DNA from: Armatimonadota bacterium
Lineage (GTDB): Bacteria; Armatimonadota; UBA5829; DTLH01
Direction of reading: 5' to 3'
NCBI GenBank assembly: GCA_039680575.1
Contig: JBDKSP010000093.1
Span: 1-53,268 of the forward strand
DNA length: 53,268 nucleotides
Shown: piece after piece, positions 1 through 6,970 of the stretch
How the letters are laid out: the number at the start of each line of letters is the position of its first letter
Numbering within the stretch: the first letter of the stretch is position 1
Notes under the pieces: generated by a model
Seen by the model: the letters and a program-made list of their open reading frames with translations, nothing else
What the model was told of the DNA's origin: nothing
Databases searched by the model: none
Position numbers and translations under genes: made by a program

Positions 1-1
1 C

Positions 2-325
2 CCTACGGGGACATATGAGTTCGTGACATCAGCAAATGCAAATGACATGACCGGTGATTCTATCACCAGGTTTGCCATCTCGGGAGCTCTGGCCTTCACT
101 AATGCCAGCTCCAGCTCAGCCGTAATAGGCACGGATGGTTCATACACCGAATTCAACACAGGTGATAACGGTGGGGAATACGGCGCAGGCTACATAGCCA
201 AGTGGACTGGCATCCAGCCGGCAGCAGATGGCACATTTACTGTAAGAGCAGCAAGCGGAGATAACTGCAATGCTGCAGGATCCTCATATGGATTCAGCGC
301 TTTCATGCTGAAGAGGACTAACTAA
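2..325 (+). CDS. C-terminal part of a probably extracellular Gly/Ser/Thr-rich beta-domain protein (5' truncated by window)
   Basis: Frame is open from position 2 (PTGTYEFVTSAN...) to TAA at 325 and is followed by a terminator hairpin. Confidence 0.6.
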   Translation, partial: PTGTYEFVTSANANDMTGDSITRFAISGALAFTNASSSSAVIGTDGSYTEFNTGDNGGEYGAGYIAKWTGIQPAADGTFTVRAASGDNCNAAGSSYGFSAFMLKRTN

Positions 326-362
326 CTACTCATGATGCTTTAGCAAAGCATCTGTCTATCTA

Positions 363-398
363 AATAAAGCCGCCCGAGTAAACTCGGGCGGCTTTATT
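363..398. terminator. Rho-independent terminator-like hairpin, possibly bidirectional
   Basis: AATAAAGCCGCCCGAGT-aa-ACTCGGGCGGCTTTATT, perfect 17-bp inverted repeat after the stop at 325. Confidence 0.85.
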
Positions 399-622
399 GC
401 ATTTTGTAGATTTACATCCAAAAGATCGGCGTTAGCGGTCCTGCCTCGACTGATTTTGCACACTCAATGCAGGTAGAAGCGGGCAATTTGTATAAGTAGA
501 TCATGATATATAGATTTTCGGCTGTTTAGTTAATAGCAGATCGTATGCCGACTATTGCCGAAAATCTTCTGGGAGAGTTTCAGGTGACACCTGAAGCTCA
601 TTAGATGATCGGAGGATTATGT

Positions 623-1111
623 ATGCCACCTCTCAAAATTGGAGACCGGGTTAAGATATCGGATCGTGATATGACACTGGCTGATGTCAAATCCGGCCAG
701 TACTACGATTATTTCAGAAATCTGACAGGAACGGTTGAAAGTATCTATGATGATAATACAGCCTGCATAAATATCGAAATGGAAAGCTTGCCGGAAGGTG
801 TTCTGGATAATCATCGAAGCATTGAAGGCTCGGTGAGGACACGCTGGATCAACGGGCTTGGCGTGGAACAAAAAGAGAAAATGCGCGAGGCAGATAAGCA
901 GATAGCCCTAAGGTACAACATTCTTGTCAATGTAGCCGATCTGTCCCTGGCCGGAAAGGTTAAAACCACCGCTGCGGGTAAGCCAAAAGATGCAGCCCCG
1001 GCAGAAAAGCCAGTGAAGCAGGAATCGCATCGTCAGACACAGGATGAGATAGAAAAAGCTGAAGAAGATTACCTGAAATCAATCGCAGCTAAAGCAAAGG
1101 ATGAGAATTAA
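623..1111 (+). CDS. Hypothetical protein, N-terminal SH3/KOW-like beta region and charged C-terminal tail
   Basis: GGAGG at 611-615 precedes ATG 623; starts LKIGDRVKI. Confidence 0.65.
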   Translation: MPPLKIGDRVKISDRDMTLADVKSGQYYDYFRNLTGTVESIYDDNTACINIEMESLPEGVLDNHRSIEGSVRTRWINGLGVEQKEKMREADKQIALRYNILVNVADLSLAGKVKTTAAGKPKDAAPAEKPVKQESHRQTQDEIEKAEEDYLKSIAAKAKDEN

Positions 1112-1544
1112 CTCTGCTTTGCAATAAATATTAAATAATCTTGCATTTTGCGTTTAGCCAGCCCTGTGCCCTGGTAGACTAGAAGTGCATAACCGAATAG
1201 CGCACCCACTTCCAGGCCAGGGTAAGATCACTTTGGGCTAATTTTATCATGATGAAGCACCCTAGTTGTTTATACGAGCCGGATGTACCGGTCCGTTACT
1301 GGGGAAACGCATTATGCTTTTTGTCCAAAGTGGTAAACTCTGGCCTGGATCAATTTTATGACTGATATGCGTAACGCATACCGTTCGCCTCGTTCGGAAA
1401 TAGACGTAAGATGGTAGACAATTGTTACCTCGATACCTCATCCGCACCAGTAAAATTTATCCGAAATAGAGGAATTTTCGCAGGTATGGGAGAACTCGCA
1501 GGTATAAATTGCAAGTTGGCGGGTTTACAGGTGGTGATGTGAGG

Positions 1545-2306
1545 TTGACTGTAACGCGGTCTGATATCGAGGGCGGCGCCGATGTGGTCGTAGATGCCAT
1601 TCTGCGTACAATCGGCACTGAAGGGACGCTTGTAGTGCCGACTTTCAATTATTCGCCTAATCCGTTCGAGCCACTAGTCACACCGTCCGTGTGCGGCCGT
1701 ATCACAGAGGCCGTTCGGATGCGTCCAAATGCGGTCAGGAGCCTCCATCCGACGCATTCCGTTGCTGCTATCGGCCGTGATGCGGAGGAGATTACGCGAA
1801 ACCATGAAAACGTCCATCCGTTCGGCATCGGATCACCGCTTTACAAGGTTTTTGAAAGAGAAGGCAAGATATTGCAGATCGGTGTCGGTCATGATACGAA
1901 CTCCATTATACATGTTGCCGAAGAACTGGCTGAAGTGCCGTATATAAACCGGATAAGGGCTGTTCGGATCGCCGGACAAGGCGGAGAGAGCCTGCGCATT
2001 ACCGTGAGAAGACCCGGTTGCAGCAGAGGATTTCCGAAACTGGAAGATACCCTGGAGGAATCCGGCGCAGTCATAGTGACACTGATCGGCGAGGCCGTAG
2101 TGAGGCTTATGCTTGCTGTTGAGGTAGTAAAAGCCGCTGTAGAAATACTTTCTGAAGACCAGGACGCGCTTTTGTGCGATATACCAGAGTGTCCCACCTG
2201 TGCGGAAGCCCGCGCTATGATAGCCGCCACACAGATCGAGGAAGAAGACGAAGCCTGGATCAAAAATTTAAAGGAAATCGAACGGCTGGAACAACTCGGC
2301 GAATAG
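1545..2306 (+). CDS. AAC(3)/YokD family N-acetyltransferase, apparently lacking part of the N-terminus (possible pseudogene)
   Basis: Motifs GGADVVVDA, GTLVVPTF, RSLHPTHSVAAIG, GKILQIGV, NSIIHVAE, C-terminal CxxxxCxxC; TTG 1545 after a purine-rich SD-like tract. Confidence 0.8.
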   Translation: MTVTRSDIEGGADVVVDAILRTIGTEGTLVVPTFNYSPNPFEPLVTPSVCGRITEAVRMRPNAVRSLHPTHSVAAIGRDAEEITRNHENVHPFGIGSPLYKVFEREGKILQIGVGHDTNSIIHVAEELAEVPYINRIRAVRIAGQGGESLRITVRRPGCSRGFPKLEDTLEESGAVIVTLIGEAVVRLMLAVEVVKAAVEILSEDQDALLCDIPECPTCAEARAMIAATQIEEEDEAWIKNLKEIERLEQLGE

Positions 2307-2312
2307 TTTCAT

Positions 2313-2382
2313 TTGGAGTGCGGAATGTTGGCAGCAGAAGTAGTGGCCGGTCTCCGTGCCGGCCATAGGCAGCAAAGCTGCC
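2313..2382. repeat. REP-like remnants (TTGGAGTGCGG; GTAG-headed GGCCGG hairpin; GGCAGC-aaa-GCTGCC hairpin)
   Basis: GTAGTGGCCGGTCTCCGTGCCGGCCA at about 2340-2365 and GGCAGCAAAGCTGCC at 2368-2382. Confidence 0.5.
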
Positions 2383-2398
2383 TGAAATCCCCTCTCCC

Positions 2399-2459
2399 TT
2401 GGAATCTTCGCGCGCTTTTTGCGCCGAAGCTAATCTATCGGATATGCAGCATTGACATC
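2399..2459. repeat. GCTTCGG/CCGAAGC REP-like hairpin family, copy A
   Basis: 2416-2459 is identical over 44 nt to 25445-25488; similar to 3436-3478 and 22081-22110. Confidence 0.85.
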
Positions 2460-2928
2460 AAAGAGACATCATAATGTGTATATAGATGGTGCAGCCTGCT
2501 TCTGGAACGGTTCGGTAGTAGAGTTCATACCTTGTATAGTTGTGGGACTGGTCCATTGGCGATGACAGTGTAGACAAATGGTAGTCACACACATTCAGAC
2601 CGTGGATGTCGGGAACGGGGGCTTCGGCGTAAAAATCGCGCCGAAGCATTCCAAAAATGGTGGTGTGTATGGTGAGTGTGGAGCTAATGGTTATCCAGGA
2701 CCTCGACAAGGAGATATTGTGATCAACCGATCATTATGCCATGGCGCTAGTAATGCACGTGCTCTAGCCGCAACTTGGATTCACGAGTCTGCGCATTGGT
2801 GCGTTATCCGAGCAATGCGAGCCGGTATACAAAGTAATCCTGCTCCAGGTGATGGATCTGGTAGTTATCCAGGCAATGGAGAAGGTTATGCTGCAGAGCG
2901 TGCATGTTTTGGAGGTGTAGTGTGGTAG
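2434..2928 (+). pseudogene. Orphan polymorphic-toxin C-terminal fragment, HEXXH zinc metallopeptidase-like
   Basis: ORF 2578-2928 contains TWIHESAHW and downstream EGYAAE; same frame extends back to 2434 across one TGA (2563-2565); no clear RBS; next to an Rhs fragment. Confidence 0.55.
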
Positions 2929-3479
2929 TGAATAATAAGATCAACTTGTATTATCTGCTTATATATTGCCTGATATTTCTAACAGCGATTCCTGCAGAGG
3001 CTAAATACCGTGGTCCCAGCACTGCTAAACTGACAAAGACCGCAGAACTTATTGCAGTGGTCAGAGTGAATGAAATCGATCCACCTGATAAATCAAAGAA
3101 ATCGTCAGAAGATAAGGCGGATTTACAAAGCATGGTCAAAATAACTATTGTAGAGTGTATCAAAGGTGATAACAAACTAGATAGTTTAATTATTGGCTCA
3201 ACAGGAAGTATGGAAACTGGAGATTGTAGAATGTATCAGGTGGGACAGGAATATCTCGTGTTCTTGGTAAAGAAAGGCGATATTTACAGAGCCGTTATTG
3301 GCCGTGTAGGCGTATTTGAAAAAGCAGAAGACCTGATATATGGGTGGCCCAAAAAGGGACAATCTGCATATCCCAAACCAGACAGGTCAGTTAAACTGAA
3401 TGATGTTCGAAAGGAAATTCTTTCGTATATGGATGTTGGAATGCTTCGGCGTGAGCTTTTTGCGCCGAAGCTACTCTAA
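2928..3479 (+). CDS. Secreted protein with TIMP/NTR-like OB-fold pattern, putative immunity protein
   Basis: GTG start overlaps upstream TAG (TAGTG); signal peptide ending PAEA; motifs AELIAVVRV, VKITIVECIKG, CRMYQVGQEYLVFL. Confidence 0.6.
   Translation: MNNKINLYYLLIYCLIFLTAIPAEAKYRGPSTAKLTKTAELIAVVRVNEIDPPDKSKKSSEDKADLQSMVKITIVECIKGDNKLDSLIIGSTGSMETGDCRMYQVGQEYLVFLVKKGDIYRAVIGRVGVFEKAEDLIYGWPKKGQSAYPKPDRSVKLNDVRKEILSYMDVGMLRRELFAPKLL
3436..3478. repeat. GCTTCGG/CCGAAGC REP-like hairpin family, copy B
   Basis: TTGGAATGCTTCGGCGTGAGCTTTTTGCGCCGAAGCTACTCTA, overlapping the last codons of the upstream ORF. Confidence 0.85.
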
Positions 3480-3509
3480 GCCCGAGACAAAACAGGTAAT
3501 CCTAAGTCA

Positions 3510-4772
3510 ATGACAGACTGGACAGGGACCTGGAGTTATGGGTATGACGAGAACAACAGGCTCACAAACGCCACTCCTCCCAATCCTGTGCCGGAACAGC
3601 CATGCGGCGGGGATTATGGCTATGACTGGGTAAGCAACAGGCTAAACCCACCGACGGGCACAAACCATATGGTCTATAATGCTGCAGACCAACTGACAAG
3701 CTGGCCTGGGATGTATTCCTACAGCTACTATAATGACGGCAGCTTAATGGAAGTAAGGAATGCTCAAGATGCATTCGTAAGCAGCTATACGTATAATCCA
3801 ATGGGGCTGCTTGACCAGGCAGTATATGCAGGCAAGACTGCTGTAAATACCTGGGATGCCAGCGATAACAGGGTCGGGCTTACGATAAATGGAAAGGTTT
3901 GTTCCTTTGTGTATGACCCTACAGCAGAAATACCGGCTGTGATCGAGGAAATGGTAAATGGGATACCAGCATACTACTACAGAGAGCCAGATGGAGCGCT
4001 GGTAGCTAGGACTGATGTTGTAAACAGTATGCGTTATTATCATTTTGATGCTCTTCGCTCTACCAGATTACTCACTGATGAAAATGGCAATGTTACAGAC
4101 AATTATGCATATGATGTCTGGGGAACTATAATAGCACATGATAGGTATAATGGCTCGATAGACCAGCCGTATCAGTATGTTGGTCAATTAGGCTACTATA
4201 CGCACTACCAAGACCCGGATTTCAAACTGCTTCAGCTTGGAGTGAGATTCTATGGTATGGAGATTGGTAGATTTACTCAGATAGATCCCATAGCCCGGTA
4301 TAGTGAATCTCCGTATGTATACTCTGCTGATATGCCTTTGTCATTTGTTGATCCACTTGGTTTGCGATGTCGTAAAGCTATATATACACAGTATGGCCCT
4401 GAACATATAAAATCTACTACACTGGTTGGTACAGGCTATCTTCGCGCTGAAGAAGAATCCACGACCGTAATTGGTAGTTCGGAATATTCAGTTATAAAGT
4501 GTTACTTCGATTGGACGGAAGATCAAGTAATCGAATATGAAGTTTATGATCGGGTTGATACGTTATGCACTATTTGTGGCGTGGAATTGCTTGTATGGAC
4601 GAAGAAAACGAATATTAGGAAGCGTACGTATACTAAACACGATATACAAAGATACAAAACCATAGAGACATCGGTAGTAAACGCGATGTATGGCGATAAT
4701 ATGGAGAAGGCCTGTATCATGGCAGGAAGATATAAAGATGTAATACCACCTGCAGGAAAATGGAGGCCATAA
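3510..4772 (+). CDS. Orphan Rhs protein: YD repeats, Rhs-associated core and variable C-terminal toxin (N-terminally truncated)
   Basis: YD repeats (YGYDENNRL, YAYDVWG), core PYQYVGQLGYY...GRFTQIDP...FVDPLGL, then about 135 aa novel tail; Rhs-like codons ARDKTGNP continue upstream to 3480. Confidence 0.9.
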   Translation: MTDWTGTWSYGYDENNRLTNATPPNPVPEQPCGGDYGYDWVSNRLNPPTGTNHMVYNAADQLTSWPGMYSYSYYNDGSLMEVRNAQDAFVSSYTYNPMGLLDQAVYAGKTAVNTWDASDNRVGLTINGKVCSFVYDPTAEIPAVIEEMVNGIPAYYYREPDGALVARTDVVNSMRYYHFDALRSTRLLTDENGNVTDNYAYDVWGTIIAHDRYNGSIDQPYQYVGQLGYYTHYQDPDFKLLQLGVRFYGMEIGRFTQIDPIARYSESPYVYSADMPLSFVDPLGLRCRKAIYTQYGPEHIKSTTLVGTGYLRAEEESTTVIGSSEYSVIKCYFDWTEDQVIEYEVYDRVDTLCTICGVELLVWTKKTNIRKRTYTKHDIQRYKTIETSVVNAMYGDNMEKACIMAGRYKDVIPPAGKWRP

Positions 4773-4782
4773 TAAGGAAATC

Positions 4783-5247
4783 ATGGCGGATTATGATAGA
4801 TTGCAACCATTGGTTTGGATTATCTTTGCAGTAATAGAAGCTTTGTTCTGCAGGCTATGGCAATATGTTCTGATAAGCTTCATATCCACCGATAAGATAG
4901 ATCAATATCTGTCTAGTGGAAGCAGTAAATATAGAATGTATATATGTAATTATGCACTGTTCATGCCTCCTGCGATTGTCGTAGGCATAGCTATGGGGCA
5001 TATATTGGGGCTGCATTTATTATCTGCAATACCAGTATCCATTGCCTCATATCTATTGATGCTAATAATTGGATGGCAGAGATTTCCAAAACCAAGGAAG
5101 GTGCTAGGCTATTTTGGTGGAGCACAGAGCGAAGCTGAAGACTTATCAGCCACCTGGATTGACTATGTGAAAGTATATTACTATAGCTTTCTTCATATAG
5201 TAGTTCCATTAGCGCTAGGTACCTTAATAGGGCTTATCATAGTATAA
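4783..5247 (+). CDS. Putative membrane immunity protein of the Rhs toxin
   Basis: Immediately downstream of the toxin, AAGGA SD, about four hydrophobic segments, AT-rich. Confidence 0.6.
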   Translation: MADYDRLQPLVWIIFAVIEALFCRLWQYVLISFISTDKIDQYLSSGSSKYRMYICNYALFMPPAIVVGIAMGHILGLHLLSAIPVSIASYLLMLIIGWQRFPKPRKVLGYFGGAQSEAEDLSATWIDYVKVYYYSFLHIVVPLALGTLIGLIIV

Positions 5248-5312
5248 AGGCAAAGCAATTAAACAAATAATCCACCTAGCTGGATAACAATGTTTTGTCA
5301 TCACGACTGATA

Positions 5313-5340
5313 TGCCGGACCGAAGTTATTCGGTCCGGCA
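5313..5340. terminator. Strong hairpin, probable terminator or mRNA 3' stabiliser
   Basis: TGCCGGACCGAA-gtta-TTCGGTCCGGCA, perfect 12-bp stem; no U-tract. Confidence 0.55.
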
Positions 5341-5392
5341 CCTAATCAACAAGGATAAGACAGCCATCCTATAAATAGTAACCATGGTGCTG

Positions 5393-5525
5393 TGACCTGT
5401 ACCCATTAACCCGGACAGTTTGACATAGAGTCTATAATATAAAACTGAGGTACAGGCAACAAATGGAAAGACGCGAGTTTACAAACGAGTTCAAGATTGA
5501 GGCTGTTAAGCTGATGGATCGGGGA
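5393..5525 (+). mobile_element. IS3-family left end with start of orfA (remnant)
   Basis: TGACCTGTACCCATTAACCCGGACA resembles an IS3-family IRL; MERREFTNEFKIEAVKLM is a typical IS3 OrfA N-terminus. Confidence 0.75.
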
Positions 5526-5990
5526 GAAAGCACAATCGTGCTACTCTTTATTATGTTATACATAATTAACTTACTCTCTTATATGACACTAGGTAAACAT
5601 AACCTAAACTCAATTAGTCTTTCATTATACACTCCAGATGATCTTAAGCCCCTCCCGGCTGTATTCGGATTCATATTGTTAGCATTTTATGGGCTACCGA
5701 TTGTTATAGATATGGCATTATTTGCCCTATATGCATTGATCAGTATTCGATTTTGGAGCGCGACTCCTGGTATGATTGTGGCTGGACTAGTATTAGTCAC
5801 TGAGAATCAAGAGAAGATAACACTATTTCGTGCTTTTATTAGGCATGTTGTTTCATACTTTTCTGGTGCAGCCTTTTTTATTGGTTACTTATGGTCATTA
5901 TTTGATCGCGAAGGAAGAACTTGGCACGACATATTGTCCGGAACACGTGTAGTAAATAGAGCCAGAGTCCAGCAGATTGATAATATTTGA
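5463..5990 (+). CDS. Chimeric ORF: IS3 OrfA start fused in frame to an RDD-family membrane protein fragment
   Basis: RDD motifs TPGM..GL.LV, RAFIR, RTWHDILSGTRVV; the usual N-terminal RR..A..ID motif is absent. Confidence 0.7.
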   Translation: MERREFTNEFKIEAVKLMDRGESTIVLLFIMLYIINLLSYMTLGKHNLNSISLSLYTPDDLKPLPAVFGFILLAFYGLPIVIDMALFALYALISIRFWSATPGMIVAGLVLVTENQEKITLFRAFIRHVVSYFSGAAFFIGYLWSLFDREGRTWHDILSGTRVVNRARVQQIDNI

Positions 5991-6101
5991 ATGCTTGTAT
6001 GATTTCACTATAGGTATCTGATGAGATAGAATCTGATACCAGAGTGGAGGGGCCGAAGTGCCCCTGTACGACCTGATTGTTAGAAGTAGCTTGAGGAAAA
6101 G

Positions 6102-6803
6102 GTGAAAGTGATGAAGCTGTTAGCCATGTCAGCTTTTCTTGCTATATTTCTTTTTGCCTGCGTGGCGGTGTCAGCAGCGCCGTCAATAGTGTTTGATAAG
6201 ACAGAGCAGGATATAGGTGAGGTGGAAGGCGGAAAGACAGTAAAGGTGGTCTTCCCTTTCACCAACAATGGAGACGAGCCGCTTGTGATAAAGAGCGTAA
6301 ACGGATCCTGCGGATGCACCATTACAAAGGCTCTTGCAACAAAAATAGAGCCCGGAGAGTCATCCAGCATAGAAGTGGAGTTTAGGGCTAAGGCTACAGT
6401 AACTAAAGCCAGAAATCCGGTCACTGTCAACTGCAATGATCCCGCCAAACCCACTGTAGAGCTTATGGTTATAGGTAAAGTCATCCCCATTGTTACCTTC
6501 AGCCCTGAGAGGCTCAACTTCGGGACTATAAAGGCAGGCACAACAATGGAAGAGACCGTGCTGGTGACTCCCAGACACCCTGAAAAGTTCAACCTGAAGA
6601 ATGTTTCTGTTGCAGGCAATCACCTGAAGGTGTTGGAATACTCCAAGACTGATGACGGCAAAGGGACTTACCTTGTAAGATACAGAATAACCGCCGGAGA
6701 GACACCTGGCAGAGTCATAGAGGCGCTGCTGCTTGTGACAGACCAGACAGATGTGCCGACAGTCCCCTTTTGTGTCTATGGAAATGTTGAGAATTACCAG
6801 TAA
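6102..6803 (+). CDS. DUF1573 domain secreted protein (tandem Ig-like domains)
   Basis: Signal peptide; FPFTNNGDEPLVIKSVNGSCGCT...IEPGE signature. Confidence 0.85.
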   Translation: MKVMKLLAMSAFLAIFLFACVAVSAAPSIVFDKTEQDIGEVEGGKTVKVVFPFTNNGDEPLVIKSVNGSCGCTITKALATKIEPGESSSIEVEFRAKATVTKARNPVTVNCNDPAKPTVELMVIGKVIPIVTFSPERLNFGTIKAGTTMEETVLVTPRHPEKFNLKNVSVAGNHLKVLEYSKTDDGKGTYLVRYRITAGETPGRVIEALLLVTDQTDVPTVPFCVYGNVENYQ

Positions 6804-6933
6804 AAGAACCTGATAAGCAAGTAGCCGTTTCAACAAGAAACCCTTAAAAAGCATCAAAGCAGGCGTTCCCCGGCTCCACAAACAGGGGCTTGACCTACAA
6901 TAATAAAGTTGTACAAGTCTCCACCAATTCCAT

Positions 6934-6968
6934 TTTCGTGTCTTTCGTGCTTCTTTGCGCATTTCGTG
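6934..6968. repeat. Short degenerate TTTCGTG tandem motif in a convergent intergenic region
   Basis: TTTCGTG occurs three times within 35 nt. Confidence 0.4.
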
Positions 6969-6970
6969 AT

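Noticed and set aside
575..599. GGAGAG...CTGAAG hairpin as glycine riboswitch
   Set aside because: Only one short stem; the remaining aptamer elements are missing and the downstream gene is unrelated
2563..2565. In-frame TGA upstream of the HEXXH ORF as possible selenocysteine or readthrough
   Set aside because: No redox motif context or evident SECIS-like hairpin; all other genes use TGA as stop; decay of an orphan fragment is simpler
5420..5438. TTGACA and TATAAT hexamers near the IS3 end as a sigma70 promoter
   Set aside because: Only 7 nt separate them, far from the required 16-18
2399..5990. Integron cassette array interpretation of the repeat-separated AT-rich genes
   Set aside because: Repeats lack RYYYAAC/GTTRRRY core sites, no integrase in the window, and the genes are truncated rather than whole cassettes
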